Of a stretch of 64,000 bases of DNA, positions 30,882 to 42,384 are shown piece after piece. Origin of the DNA: Candidatus Latescibacterota bacterium (GTDB lineage Bacteria; Latescibacterota; UBA2968; UBA8231); the NCBI GenBank assembly GCA_965197905.1, contig CBDAOB010000002.1, positions 399,595-463,594 of the forward strand. The letters run 5' to 3'. Positions within the stretch are counted from its first letter, which is position 1. Every line of letters begins with the position of its first letter. Under the pieces are notes generated by a model. The model saw nothing but the letters and a program-made list of their open reading frames with translations, was not told where the DNA came from and searched no databases. A program made the position numbers and the translations under genes.

Positions 30882-33488
30882 TTAGGAGCCGAGCCGGGCC
30901 AGGAGTCGGTCGCGGATTTCCTCCAAAACAGAGAAGTTGAGAATCTTCTGATGGTGACTGTCTACCACGTAGAAGGCATCGGTTGCTCGGTTGGCGGCGG
31001 TGTTGACGATTGCCATGTGGATGTCGAGATCCATCTCACCCAGGGAATGGGTAATCTCGTACAACAGGCCGACGGAGTCCGGCACCGTGACATCAATGAC
31101 CGTATAGCGATCGGAAATCCGGTTCTCGAAATCCACTTCTGGAGGTCTCACCCCCCCGGCTCTTTTCCTTCGGTCCCACTGGGTGCTGTATTTTTCGAGA
31201 AGATCCTTCGCCTTGCGGCGCAGCGAGACGACTTCGTCCAACCGCGCCAGGACCCTCTTCTGCTTCCAGGCTGGAAGCTTGGGGTTGCCATCTACGTCGG
31301 TAACCTGAAAGATGTCGAGCACAAGGTTATCGTCACGAGTGTTCACATCGGCGCGGAGAATGTTGACGTCGTTGACGGCCAGCGCGCCGCAGATCTTCGC
31401 CAGCAACTGACGCTGGTCTCGAGTGGCCACGAGGATCTCCGTGTGGTCCGGGTGTTCGACGAACTCTGCCAACAGCGGTGCTTCGCCTAACGAGTTTAGA
31501 AGACTCAGGTGAGTTTCGATCTCTTTCTGGTCATACGCCAGCAGGTAGCGAGTGGGAAGCTGTTCCACGTGCTCCTGGAAGGCAACCACCTTGAGGGGCG
31601 GCCAGCTCGGAACGATTTGCTCAAGGTGGGCGTCCAGCAGCTGCCGTGCCCGCTGCTTCTCCTCGAGGGTCTTCATGCCCGATTGCAGTTGCTCCCGAGT
31701 CTTGTGATATAACTCCCAAAGCAGCGCAGCCTGCCAGTCGGTCCATGCTTCACTGGCAACCGCGGACAGATCTGCATAGGAGAGCAGATACAAAGCTGTG
31801 AGCCAATCCATGGAGGCGAAGAGGCTGGCGAATTCGGCGATCATGAGATAGTCATCCAGGTCCCGCCGCTGGGCAACTATAACGAGATCCTGGTGGTGCT
31901 CGATGAGAAACAGAACATATCTCTGGTCATCCGGAGGCAGACCCAAACGTTGGAGCAGTTGGGTGGCCATCTCGATGCCACACGAAATGTGCTCCTTGCG
32001 TTTGGACTTGCCGATGTCGTGCAACAGAATGGAAAGGTAGAGCAGATCGCGACGCTGAAGCTGGTCCAGAGCCTCCACCAGTCCCCGCTGATGGCTGGAG
32101 TCTGACAAAGCCTCGATGTTGTCCATAGCAACAAGCGTGTGCTCATCCACAGTGTAGCGATGATAGATGTCGTATTGCACCAGACAGGTCAGGGCGCCGA
32201 ACTCGGGTAGGTACGCTCCTAGAACGCCCAACTCGTGCATTTGACGCAGGGTTGGAGCAGTCCGGTACTTGCGGCGCAAGATGCGCATGAAGATATCCCT
32301 GGCCTCGGAGGACTGCCGCACGCGATCGTCGATCAGATCCAGTGACGCGCGCACCGCCCTTTGCGCCTCCTCGCTGAGGCGAAGTTTTTTGGCCTGGGCG
32401 ATCTGAAAGATTCGCAGCAACCGAATCGGATCTTCGCGGAAGTACTTCGCGCCGGCGGGCACCACGATCTCCCCATCCACGGCGCTGACATCCCGCTCCA
32501 AAAGAATGCTGCGATGACCGTTGCGCCGCCGCCGCGTCAGCCGTTCGAACGATAGCTCCACCAGGTGATAGATCGAGCGCGCATGGAGGTAGTACTCACG
32601 CATGAACCGCTCTACCGCCAACTCCTGGCCGTTCTCCTCGTACCCTAACCGCTCGCCTATCTGTGCCTGCAGCTCGTGATCGAGTATATCGCTCCGTCGC
32701 CTGGCACCAAAATGCATCTCGTGACGTACGCGCCACATGAAATCGCGGCCTGCAGCAAGAGTTTCGATATCCACCGCATCGAGGAACCGACCCAACAGCT
32801 CGCGATCGACCGTCGGCTGCATCGCTTTCGACTTCAAGGCCCATTCCAACGCGCTTATTTCCCGGAGCCCCCCCGGACTCTCCTTCAGGTTCGGTTCCAG
32901 CAGCTGCACCGAGCTGCTGTTCTGGTGGCGTAGTTGGCGACCCTTTTGAAGGTTGGTAGCCAGACCCTTCGGAACGCGTTTGTAGAGGCGCTGTTGAAAA
33001 TCCTCGAACAGGTCCTGGTCGCCGGTCAGCAAACGACCATCCATCATGGCCGTGCACGATTCCAGGTCGCCCTTCAACATCTTTGTGGCCTCGGAGATGG
33101 TCCGGCTGCTGTGTCCAACGTCGAATCCGAGGTCCCAGAGCGGGTGCAGGACTCCGGAAATCAGCTCGGGAGACTTGTGTTTTTCTTTGCGAAAAAGGAA
33201 CAACAGATCCACATCTGACATGGGCGCCATTTCCTGACGACCGTATCCACCAAGGGCAACCAGTGCGTGGTCGTGGATCGGGTGCTCGCGAAGAGCCGCC
33301 TCGTACACCTGCAGCACCAGCAAGTCCATAGCGTCGGATATCGCCCGTGCGGTCTCGATTCCGGTGGCGCCGTCCCTATGCCCCTGTCGAACACGCTCGA
33401 GTTCCAAACTCCAAAAGGTCGTCAGATCTGCCCTGGCGGCGGCTGTATCTTCTTGGAGCGTTGCGCCGCCGGAACTATCGTCGCTCAT
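30882..33488 (-). CDS. glnD: [Protein-PII] uridylyltransferase
   Basis: ALGGYGRQEMAPMSDVD, EPNLKESPGGLRE, YHRYTVDEHT, LLHDIGK, two C-terminal ACT domains. Confidence 0.94.
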   Translation of the reverse strand: MSDDSSGGATLQEDTAAARADLTTFWSLELERVRQGHRDGATGIETARAISDAMDLLVLQVYEAALREHPIHDHALVALGGYGRQEMAPMSDVDLLFLFRKEKHKSPELISGVLHPLWDLGFDVGHSSRTISEATKMLKGDLESCTAMMDGRLLTGDQDLFEDFQQRLYKRVPKGLATNLQKGRQLRHQNSSSVQLLEPNLKESPGGLREISALEWALKSKAMQPTVDRELLGRFLDAVDIETLAAGRDFMWRVRHEMHFGARRRSDILDHELQAQIGERLGYEENGQELAVERFMREYYLHARSIYHLVELSFERLTRRRRNGHRSILLERDVSAVDGEIVVPAGAKYFREDPIRLLRIFQIAQAKKLRLSEEAQRAVRASLDLIDDRVRQSSEARDIFMRILRRKYRTAPTLRQMHELGVLGAYLPEFGALTCLVQYDIYHRYTVDEHTLVAMDNIEALSDSSHQRGLVEALDQLQRRDLLYLSILLHDIGKSKRKEHISCGIEMATQLLQRLGLPPDDQRYVLFLIEHHQDLVIVAQRRDLDDYLMIAEFASLFASMDWLTALYLLSYADLSAVASEAWTDWQAALLWELYHKTREQLQSGMKTLEEKQRARQLLDAHLEQIVPSWPPLKVVAFQEHVEQLPTRYLLAYDQKEIETHLSLLNSLGEAPLLAEFVEHPDHTEILVATRDQRQLLAKICGALAVNDVNILRADVNTRDDNLVLDIFQVTDVDGNPKLPAWKQKRVLARLDEVVSLRRKAKDLLEKYSTQWDRRKRAGGVRPPEVDFENRISDRYTVIDVTVPDSVGLLYEITHSLGEMDLDIHMAIVNTAANRATDAFYVVDSHHQKILNFSVLEEIRDRLLARLGS

Positions 33489-35911
33489 TCGCGGCTGTTG
33501 GACTTTCTAGTGGGCGTCTTTTGCCTCGCGGCTTTCGGTCGGGCCTGTTTTCGGGCTACCTTTTTCCTCAGCGCGAGTTCCAGAGCCTCGTCGATACTTT
33601 CCACCATCTGAAATTTCATCTGCTTGCGAATCGGATCGGGAATCTCTTCCAGATCCCTCTCGTTCTTGCGGGGAAGGATGACCGTCTTGATGCCCGCCCG
33701 TTGAGCCCCCAGCACCTTGTCTCGAATACCGCCGACAGGCAGGACCCGGCCTCGAAGAGTGATCTCCCCCGTCATGGCGATGTCGCCGCGAACGGGACGG
33801 CCGGTAAACAAAGATACGAGGGCCGCCGTGATCGCCACCCCGGCCGAGGGGCCGTCCTTTGGGGTCGCGCCGGCCGGGACGTGTAGATGGATGTCGGATT
33901 CGGCGATCGCTTTGGTCTCGATCCGGTACTTGCGAGCCCGGGTCCGCAGGTAGCTCAAGGCCGCCTGAGCCGACTCCTGCATGACCTCGCCCAGCTGCCC
34001 GGTGAGAATCAGGTTCTTTCGACCCTGCATTTTCGTTGCTTCGATGAACAGGATCTCGCCGCCCGCCGCGGTCGCCGCCATGCCGGTCGCGACACCGACC
34101 TCCCCGTTGGCATCCGCCACCTCCGGAAAAAACACCGCAGCGCCGAGAAACTCATCAAGGTCCCCCGTCACCACCTTGATCTTTCGTTTGCGCCCCTCGA
34201 CGAACTTGCGCGCCACTTTGCGACAGACGCTACCGATCTGCCGTTCCAGAGTACGCAAACCCGCTTCCCTGGTATACTGTTCGATAATTCGCGGCAGCGT
34301 CCCGTCCTCGAAGGCGAGCTGAGTCGTCTTCAGCCCATGCTCTTCCAGCTGCCGCGGAACCAGAAACTTGCGAGCAATCTGCTCCTTTTCGTTCGGGGTG
34401 TATCCGGGCAACGCGATCTCTTCCATGCGATCCAGTAGTGGTGCCGGAATGGGAGAAAGCAGATTCGCAGTGGCAATAAACATCACTTGAGAAAGATCGA
34501 ACGGCACGTCCAGATAATGATCTACGAACGAGAAATTTTGCTCCGGATCTAAGACCTCCAGAAGCGCCGCCCCCGGATCGCCGCGAAAATCCATGCCAAG
34601 CTTGTCGATTTCATCCAACATAAAAACCGGATTGTTGGAGCCGGCCTTGTGAAGACCTTGAATTATACGACCGGGAAGTGAGCCGATGTATGTTCGCCGG
34701 TGGCCGCGTATCTCCGCCTCGTCGCGCACCCCACCCAGGGAGATGCGCACGAAGTTGCGACCCAGGGAACACGCGATGGAGCGGCCAAGCGATGTTTTGC
34801 CGACGCCCGGTGGGCCCACAAAACAAAGCAGAGGACCTTTGATCTCCTTGCGCAGATGACGCACGGCGAGGTACTCCAGGATGCGCTCTTTGACCTTCTC
34901 CAGACCGAAATGGTCCTCATCTAGGATCACCGAGGCAGCAGCTACATCGAGATGGTCCTCGGTTGCGGTCGACCAGGGCAGGTCCGTCAGCCAGTCCAGG
35001 TAGGTACGCACTACCGAATATTCTGGCGCCCCCGGCATCATCTTCTCCAGGCGCCCCAGCTCGCGACCCGCAACCTCGGCCACCTCCTCCGGAAGTCGCG
35101 CCTCTTCGATCTTGGCTCTCAGCTCCTCCATCTCAGCGACCACTGGATCATCGCCGCTGAGCTCTTTTTGAATCGTCTTCAGCTGCTCCCGAAGGAAATA
35201 CTCCCGCTGTGACTTTCCGAGCTTTTCCTGCACCTGCGATTGAATCTTGGCACCCGTCTCGAGAATCTCGAGCTCCCGTGAAATGAGCTCCGTCAGGTAC
35301 GCCAGCCGTTTTTGAATATCCAACGATTCCAGCAGGCGCTGATGCTCTTCGATCTGGAGATCCAGGTTGGAGGCGACGAAGTCGGCGAGACGGCCGGGAT
35401 GATCGATGTTCATCACCAGAATCTGCAGCTCGTCCGGCAGATGGGAGGTGATCTTGATGATCGCCTGGAACTGGTTGCGTATCGATCGCGTCATCGCTTG
35501 CACTTCCATGGCTTCGGCGTTACCCTGATCCTCCAGCCGACCGATTTCACCCGTAATGAGCTTTCCCTCATCGAAGAGATCACCCAGAATACCGCGCTCT
35601 ACTCCCTGGACGATGAGGCGTACCCCACCGTCAGGCATACGCCACAACTTGTGGATCTTGCCGATGCAACCGATCGAGTAGAGATCCTCCTTTGCAGGTA
35701 TCTCCACCTCCGGATTCCGCTGGGCGAATATTCCGATGACCCGCTCCCCCTCCATTGCTTTCTCGATGACGGCAATGGAGCGCTCTCGCGTGGCCGTCAG
35801 TTGCTGTGGCATATACGGGTAGACCACCGTGTTGCGCAGCGGAAAAATTCCCAGCCGTTGCGGACTGGCCAGGCTAGCGTTCGGATCGCTTTCCGAGGAC
35901 GCCTCAGTCAA
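33485..35911 (-). CDS. lon: ATP-dependent protease La
   Basis: GPPGVGKTS, RGHRRTYIG, LDEIDK, PKDGPSAG, TGEITLRGRVLPVGG. Confidence 0.97.
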   Translation of the reverse strand: MTEASSESDPNASLASPQRLGIFPLRNTVVYPYMPQQLTATRERSIAVIEKAMEGERVIGIFAQRNPEVEIPAKEDLYSIGCIGKIHKLWRMPDGGVRLIVQGVERGILGDLFDEGKLITGEIGRLEDQGNAEAMEVQAMTRSIRNQFQAIIKITSHLPDELQILVMNIDHPGRLADFVASNLDLQIEEHQRLLESLDIQKRLAYLTELISRELEILETGAKIQSQVQEKLGKSQREYFLREQLKTIQKELSGDDPVVAEMEELRAKIEEARLPEEVAEVAGRELGRLEKMMPGAPEYSVVRTYLDWLTDLPWSTATEDHLDVAAASVILDEDHFGLEKVKERILEYLAVRHLRKEIKGPLLCFVGPPGVGKTSLGRSIACSLGRNFVRISLGGVRDEAEIRGHRRTYIGSLPGRIIQGLHKAGSNNPVFMLDEIDKLGMDFRGDPGAALLEVLDPEQNFSFVDHYLDVPFDLSQVMFIATANLLSPIPAPLLDRMEEIALPGYTPNEKEQIARKFLVPRQLEEHGLKTTQLAFEDGTLPRIIEQYTREAGLRTLERQIGSVCRKVARKFVEGRKRKIKVVTGDLDEFLGAAVFFPEVADANGEVGVATGMAATAAGGEILFIEATKMQGRKNLILTGQLGEVMQESAQAALSYLRTRARKYRIETKAIAESDIHLHVPAGATPKDGPSAGVAITAALVSLFTGRPVRGDIAMTGEITLRGRVLPVGGIRDKVLGAQRAGIKTVILPRKNERDLEEIPDPIRKQMKFQMVESIDEALELALRKKVARKQARPKAARQKTPTRKSNSRE

Positions 35912-35970
35912 AATCGACTCCTGTTTTCAAAGGGAAAGATGTGCGCGGAGTATGACGTAACTTCTTATCA

Positions 35971-36013
35971 AGCTTAGAGCTTAGCTTGACACATGTCAAG
36001 ATACCGGTATACT
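35971..36013. promoter_or_regulatory. Overlapping divergent sigma-70 promoters for lon and hflX
   Basis: Palindrome CTTGACA-CA-TGTCAAG; plus strand TTGACA-N16-TATACT, minus strand TTGACA-N17-TAAGCT. Confidence 0.65.
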
Positions 36014-36161
36014 GGAGGAAACGCGTAAATCCAAAGTGGAAAGCGGTTGAGATTGACCGCTTCTAGGGCGGAGAAAAACCGAATGTCGGATGTCTCGCCC
36101 GCCAAGTGATGTCATCAAAACTCCTGCTCAAGGATGGTTTCGCACTAGTCGGAGGAATTGA

Positions 36162-37436
36162 TTGAACGAAAACTGCCCAGATGCTCAAAAGGCGTTGCTC
36201 GTCGGTGTCGCCCTGCCCACCATTCCTCGTTGGGAGGCCGAGGACTCCCTTGATGAATTGGAACGCTTGGCGGAGACCGCAACCCTGGAGGTGGGCGGGC
36301 GGGCATTGCAAGCCCGCAAATCGGTGGATCGCAGGTACTACATCGGCAAGGGCAAGGCGGAAGAACTCAAGGAGACATCAGAAACCGTCGGCGCCGACCT
36401 GATAATCTTCGACAACGATCTCTCGCCGGCACAGATGCGCAACTTGGAAGAATTGACGGACATGCGCATCCTCGATCGCAGCGGGTTGATACTGGATATC
36501 TTCTCACTGCACGCGCGGACGCACACCGCTCAGGTGCAGGTCGAGCTGGCCCAGCTGAACTACCTGCTGCCCCGATTGACTCGCATGTGGACACACCTTT
36601 CGCGTCAAGCCGGGGGCGGTGCTATCCGCGGGATGGGTGCCGCCGGCGTCCGCGGACCAGGAGAGACCCAGTTGGAGATCGACCGGCGCATGATTCGCAG
36701 CAGGATCAGCCACCTGGGTTCGCGGCTGGACCGCATCGGCACGCAGATGGCCACCAGCCGCAAAGGGAGATCCGACCTCTTCAAGGTCGCGCTCGTCGGC
36801 TATACAAATGCGGGTAAGTCAACCTTGATGCGGGCGCTGTCCGGGGCCGATGTGCTGATCGAAGATCAACTCTTCGCCACCCTGGACTCCACCTCCCGCG
36901 TGGTCGAGCTGGAAGGCCCGCGGAAAGTCCTGCTCACGGATACCGTAGGATTCATCAATCGTTTGCCCCACCATTTGGTCGCTTCGTTTCGTGCAACCCT
37001 TGAGGAAGCGGAGGAAGCCGATCTCCTGCTGCATGTCGTCGACTTGAGCCAGAAGAATTATCAATCGCAGATCGCCACAGTCGAGGGGGTGCTCAAGGAG
37101 CTGGGTATTGGCGAGAAACCGCTAGTTGTGGTCTACAACAAAATCGATCGTCTGGATGATGACCAGATGGCTCCGAATGACGAGAGCGTAGCGGTATCGG
37201 CCATGACCGGAGCCGGACTTTCCGAACTGCAGCGGATGCTCGTGGAGCGGAGTGCGGGCGATTCGGTGATCCTGGAGTTGGAGATTCCGTTGGCGGAGGG
37301 GAAACTTCTGGCTCGACTGCGAGAGCGTGGCGAGCTCATCGAGGAAGAGTATCGTCCCGCGGATGTGCGGCTACGGGTGCGGTTGGATCCCACCTGGGCC
37401 GAACGATGGCAGTTGGGGCGGTTTGTCGCCGATTAG
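36162..37436 (+). CDS. hflX: GTPase HflX
   Basis: RGPGETQLEIDRR, GYTNAGKSTL, LFATLD, DTVGFI, NKID. Confidence 0.96.
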   Translation: MNENCPDAQKALLVGVALPTIPRWEAEDSLDELERLAETATLEVGGRALQARKSVDRRYYIGKGKAEELKETSETVGADLIIFDNDLSPAQMRNLEELTDMRILDRSGLILDIFSLHARTHTAQVQVELAQLNYLLPRLTRMWTHLSRQAGGGAIRGMGAAGVRGPGETQLEIDRRMIRSRISHLGSRLDRIGTQMATSRKGRSDLFKVALVGYTNAGKSTLMRALSGADVLIEDQLFATLDSTSRVVELEGPRKVLLTDTVGFINRLPHHLVASFRATLEEAEEADLLLHVVDLSQKNYQSQIATVEGVLKELGIGEKPLVVVYNKIDRLDDDQMAPNDESVAVSAMTGAGLSELQRMLVERSAGDSVILELEIPLAEGKLLARLRERGELIEEEYRPADVRLRVRLDPTWAERWQLGRFVAD

Positions 37437-37463
37437 GGCCTGTCTGATCTGGGGTCGGGTTCG

Positions 37464-38446
37464 TCATCCAAGGAAATTAGAGTACCAAGCAATGGTCTCT
37501 TTCAGCCCTCGCTCCAGATCGAAATCCGGATTCCATCCAAGCATCGCGGTGGCTTTCTTGGCAGATAGGAACTGGCTGTGAATCTCGTTCTGCGCCGTAC
37601 CGTCGATCTTTACCTTCTGATTCTCGCATCCCATTAGTCTTTGAATCAACCCGACCAAGTCAATCACCGATACGGGCGATTCCAGACTAAAGTTGAACGC
37701 CTCTCCGTGAACCTCTGGCTTGGCAAGAGATTCGGCCAGCTGCATGTAAGCTTGTGCAACGTCCTTCACGAAGATGAAATCGCGAACGTAACTCCCGTCG
37801 CTACGCACGACGAAATCCTCGCTCGATAGAAAGGCCCTGATGGCACCCGGAACTAGCCGACTCCAGTTCAGATCGCCGCCGCCAAATACGTTCCCGCAGC
37901 GCGCAATCGCAATTGGTAGGTGAAACGTATGGTAGTATGACTGCGATAGGAGATCCGCACACGACTTGGAGACGTCATAGGGAAATTCTCCTACTAGGGG
38001 CATGTCCTCGGAATATGGAAGATTCTCGTGCGTTCCGTACGCCTTGTCGCTCGAGGCGATGAGGACCCGCTGCACCAGGTCGCGGTGCATGCGGCACGCC
38101 TCTAGAAGATTGTAGGTTCCGCGAACGTTGGCATCGAATGTTGCAAGTGGATACTTGACGGCAGTGCCCACGATGGTCTGGGCGCCAAGATGAAAAACGG
38201 TGTCGATCTCGTGTTGATTGATCGCGCGTTCAAGAGCACTGAAATCTTCCAATGCCCCATTGACCACGCTTATTCGGTCGATATCTCCGGATCGAAGTAG
38301 CTCTGACTGCGGATTGGCGTCCTGAACAAGAGCTATTACGTGAGCCCCCTCGAAACCAGTTCCTTTGCCAACCACGAACCTATCATCCCCGTGGCACCGG
38401 TGATGAATACACGTTTGTCTTGCCAAAAGTCAGATTCTCGTTGCAC
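37464..38446 (-). pseudogene. CDP-glucose 4,6-dehydratase-like epimerase/dehydratase, frameshifted near 38345-38349
   Basis: [24 protein letters not shown] is in a different frame from AHVIALV...SSDKAYG...YDVSK; the shift lies in a G5 run, so a sequencing indel is possible. Confidence 0.8.
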
Positions 38447-38454
38447 GGTGCCTT

Positions 38455-39231
38455 CTACCGTTCGCCCCAGACCTTCCACGGAGGGTTCCCGCCCTCCCAA
38501 AGCTCCTCCAGGTAGCGCATGTCTCTGCGCGTATCCAGACACTGCCAAAATCGGTTGTGTTTGTAGGCCGTCAGCTCGCCTTCCCGCGTGAGCCGTTCGA
38601 GTGGCTCTCTCTCAAAGAGCGTCTCGTCACCGTCGATGTATTGCAACACGCCTGGTTCGAGCACGAAAAATCCGCCGTTGATCCACCCTTCGGCGATCTG
38701 CGCTTTTTCGGCGAATACGGTCACGCGGTCTCCATCGAAAGTGAGGCTACCAAAGCGGGCGGGGGGTTGGACCGCGGTTACCGTAGCCATGCTTGCCGAT
38801 TTATGATGAAATTCCAAAAGCTCATCAACCTTTACGTTGGCAACGCCATCACCGTAGGTCATCATGAAGGTCTCATCACCTAGCCACGGAGCCAGTCGTT
38901 TGAGCCGACCACCGGTATTCGTCTGGGTTCCTGTATACACGAGCTGAACCGTCCAATCTTCCTGTAGCCCATCGTGCACATCGACACTTCCATCTTTCAG
39001 GTGAATAGTGAGATCGTTGCGCAAGTAGTAATAGTTGAGAAAGTAATCCTTGATGACCTCACTTCGGTACCCCGTTGCGACGATAAACTCGGTGAATCCG
39101 AACGCGGCGTATATCTTCATTATGTGCCACAACATGGGACGCCCGCCTATCTCGATCATTGGCTTTGGTCTCAGGCTCGTTTCCTCCGCGAGACGAGTTC
39201 CCATCCCACCTGCGAGAATTACAACCTTCAC
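38455..39231 (-). CDS. rfbF: Glucose-1-phosphate cytidylyltransferase
   Basis: [51 protein letters not shown]. Confidence 0.94.
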   Translation of the reverse strand: MKVVILAGGMGTRLAEETSLRPKPMIEIGGRPMLWHIMKIYAAFGFTEFIVATGYRSEVIKDYFLNYYYLRNDLTIHLKDGSVDVHDGLQEDWTVQLVYTGTQTNTGGRLKRLAPWLGDETFMMTYGDGVANVKVDELLEFHHKSASMATVTAVQPPARFGSLTFDGDRVTVFAEKAQIAEGWINGGFFVLEPGVLQYIDGDETLFEREPLERLTREGELTAYKHNRFWQCLDTRRDMRYLEELWEGGNPPWKVWGER

Positions 39232-39280
39232 GGTAGCTTACGCTCCCCCAAATTGGATGTCGACATTTCTTTCATGCCAG

Positions 39281-40234
39281 TTATCGATCGAAGTTGATGC
39301 GTTCCATTTCGAACACGAGCGGTTTCTTTGATACCCGCGAGTGAATCGATAGGATGTACTCTCCAAGGAGCCCGAGAAAGAGGAAGTTAACCGCTATAAA
39401 AAAGAAAAAAGTCACCATCAATGCCGCCACGCCAACGGGAAAAATCGACCATTTCAGCAATTTTACGATCAGCGTGAGGACACCTAGGACCAGACTCGAA
39501 AATCCGAAGATGAGCCCGAACACCGACATTATTCTAATCGGAATCTTCGAGTAGTTGGTCAATGCAATCATGGCGAAGTCGTAGAGACGATAAATATTGA
39601 AGTTGGTCGCTCCTCGCTCCCGGACTGGTTGTGCGTATTTCAGGACCGCCTGATTCATGCCCGCTTCCGATATTAACCCACGGAAGTAAGGATGGGTCTC
39701 CTCCATCTGCCTGAGAAACTCGATCACCTTCCGATCGAACATTCCGAATCCGAAGACATTGTCGACCATCTTCACTTCGTCGGAGAGGTTCCGGATAACC
39801 CTGTAGAACAGCTTTCGGAGAGCAAACATGAGCTTGCCTTCCTGACTGTCGTCTTTTACCGCCATCACCACTTCGAAACCCTCAGCCCTCTTTGCAAGCA
39901 GGTCCACGATCAGCTCTGGAGGATCTTAAAGATCGGCTGCTATGACGGTTACCGCATCCCCGGTCGTTTGCATAACACCGTGATACATCGAGCGAATGTA
40001 TCCGAAGTTTCGGCTGTTGAAGATCAATTTGACCCTAGGGTCGCGGCCAGCCATGGATCTCAGAATCGCTCTCGTGCTGTCGGTAGAATAGTTGTCGATG
40101 ATGATGTGTTCGTAGTCGTATTCCCCCAACTCTGCGAAAACGCCACGCACGGTTTCGTAGAGCCGCTCGATATTCTCTTCCTCATTGTAACATGGAGTTA
40201 CGACGCTGACGAGTTCCTTCGAGGAATCGGTCAC
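39281..40234 (-). pseudogene. GT2 (GtrB/ArnC-like) glycosyltransferase with in-frame TAA at 39926-39928
   Basis: Both ORF halves are in frame; the conserved ADLQDPP motif reads ADL*DPP. Confidence 0.85.
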
Positions 40235-41493
40235 TCTATGACCCTCACGGATGGCAACGGCACGATAAACTTCGACCGCAGCCCCCCTTGGCGAAGCAAC
40301 GCCATAATCGGCTCAGCGTAGTGCCAAGCCAACAGGAGCACGTAGTCCGGTTGTTCCTTGAATAGAATCTCGTTCGAAATCACCGGTATGTGTTTCCCGG
40401 GAAGATACAATCCAAGCTTTGGGGAATGGGGCTGCTCCGCGATATACGGAATCAAGTCGGGCCCGATACCACAGAAATTCAGTAGTGTGCTGCAACGACC
40501 TGGACAGGAGTTTCCCACCACGTGCTGCTTCCTGTCCTTCAGATCTAGAAGCAATTGCAACAGTTCGTGTTTGGATCTGTAAATCTCTTCCCTAAACCGC
40601 TGCCAAGGGGCGGCTTGGCACAGTCCAAAGTCTGACTCCATGTCAAGTGTTCGACCGACACTTTCGTTGGGAGTCAATGGTTTATTTGAAACAACAACCC
40701 TAATTGAACCGTTGTACCGTTCAACCACTTCAGCATCAATGACCGTCATATCGTAGTACTCGAACAATCGTACCAGGGACGCGAGCGAATAGTTCCGAAT
40801 GTGCTCGTGATAGAATGAGTCGTACTGGTTCAATTTTAGAATGTCAATCATATAGTGATTTTCAAACAAGAAAAAGCCGTCATCATGAAGCAGATTCTTG
40901 ATGCCTCTTAGCAGGCTCCCGAGGGAGGCCACGTGGGCAAAGACATTCGTGGCTGTTACTAGATTCGCCTGCCCCTCCGAATCAGCGATTTCCTGGGCCA
41001 CCTCTTCAGTGAAGAATCGTTTGATCGAAGGTATCGAGTTTTCCTCGACGGCGTAATCAGCTACATCGGTCGGTTCCACGCCCAGGACCTTCATACCTGC
41101 CCCTTTGAACGCACTCAGCAACGTCCCATCGTTGGAACCGATGTCTACGACAAAGTTTCCTTCGCCGAGGGTGAGCCTGGAGATGCACCATGCCGCGAGA
41201 TCTGCGTGGTGCTGAACAACCTCTTGAGTCACACCGCACCGGTACGGGTAACCTGAATTGAATACGTCACGTGGCTCTACGACGAAGTCCAATTGCGAAT
41301 GGCCAAGAGACCTGCTTCTCAGGATCCGAAGCGGATAGGTTTGTTCCGGCTTGCTGAGGTCTTCCGTACTCAGTAGTGAGTCGCAGAGCGGCTGATGTCC
41401 CAAGTCAACCACCAGTTCCAAATCGTCCGCACCGGTGATTTGGCAGTGGTTGAGGCAGCCGGCAATTACGTCATGAAATTCCGGAGGTTTCAT
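40231..41493 (-). CDS. NDP-hexose C-methyltransferase-like class I SAM methyltransferase
   Basis: DLGHQPL, VVDIGSNDG, ATNVFAH, YHEH, PDYVLLLAWHY, KFIVPLP. Confidence 0.85.
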   Translation of the reverse strand: MKPPEFHDVIAGCLNHCQITGADDLELVVDLGHQPLCDSLLSTEDLSKPEQTYPLRILRSRSLGHSQLDFVVEPRDVFNSGYPYRCGVTQEVVQHHADLAAWCISRLTLGEGNFVVDIGSNDGTLLSAFKGAGMKVLGVEPTDVADYAVEENSIPSIKRFFTEEVAQEIADSEGQANLVTATNVFAHVASLGSLLRGIKNLLHDDGFFLFENHYMIDILKLNQYDSFYHEHIRNYSLASLVRLFEYYDMTVIDAEVVERYNGSIRVVVSNKPLTPNESVGRTLDMESDFGLCQAAPWQRFREEIYRSKHELLQLLLDLKDRKQHVVGNSCPGRCSTLLNFCGIGPDLIPYIAEQPHSPKLGLYLPGKHIPVISNEILFKEQPDYVLLLAWHYAEPIMALLRQGGLRSKFIVPLPSVRVIE

Positions 41494-41652
41494 GTTGGTG
41501 GGGTCATCGGGAATATAAGCACCCAAATGCAAGATCCTGCCGGGTGGAAAGTCGAAGGGACGACCGCACTCCAGCCGACTTTACGTCGTGTCGAGTTTCG
41601 CAGAATCAGCCTCGATACCTTCCATTTCTGGATCCACCAAATGCTTCCTACC

Positions 41653-42339
41653 TCAAATGTGGCGGCGCAGCGCAAACGCTTGCTTTAGATTGTCCAATAT
41701 TGTACGCATATTGGCCACTTTTGATCTTCCACTCATCCGGGGGCGCATTTCTGTCGGTACGCTAACTATTCTGTATCCATTTCTGTGAGACCGAATTACC
41801 AGTTCCATTAGTACTGCCCAACTTCGACCTGTGGACATCAATGTTAGGCCATCAAGAATGGTACGTCTGAACATGAACACTCCTTGGAACCTCGGAAGCG
41901 GACCAAATAGCAGCCAGTACAGAGTCCTCTCGCCTTTAGACAAGCACTTCGAAACAACAGAACTGTCTCTATTGGGCAGATACCCCAACACTAACTCCGC
42001 GGCGCCAATCACTGAGATAAACTGTTTAATAATGGTTGCGGGAAATTGCCCGTCAGCCGGAAAAAAGGTGACGAAATCTCCACGAACATGTGCGAATCCC
42101 GTTCTGTACACTCCCCCCAAACCTTGATTGGTCTCGTGATGCACAACTCGTACTTTTCCACACATAGAAGCCAACTGGTCTGCAATTTGCCCAGTTTCAT
42201 CAGTACTCCCATCGTCAATGACCACGATCTCACACTCATAGGTCTTTCCCAGCTGGGTTAGTGCAAATTCAATTTCGCGAACGACCACATCTAAACTATC
42301 GGCTTCATTAAAAGCCATAACTACAACTGAAATATTCAA
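41653..42339 (-). CDS. Glycosyltransferase family 2
   Basis: SVVVMAFNE, DDGSTD, NQGLG, PADGQF. Confidence 0.85.
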   Translation of the reverse strand: MNISVVVMAFNEADSLDVVVREIEFALTQLGKTYECEIVVIDDGSTDETGQIADQLASMCGKVRVVHHETNQGLGGVYRTGFAHVRGDFVTFFPADGQFPATIIKQFISVIGAAELVLGYLPNRDSSVVSKCLSKGERTLYWLLFGPLPRFQGVFMFRRTILDGLTLMSTGRSWAVLMELVIRSHRNGYRIVSVPTEMRPRMSGRSKVANMRTILDNLKQAFALRRHI

Positions 42340-42384
42340 AGAATGTTTTTCTCTTGGGAAAAAGGCGGATTTTATTTCTATGGT

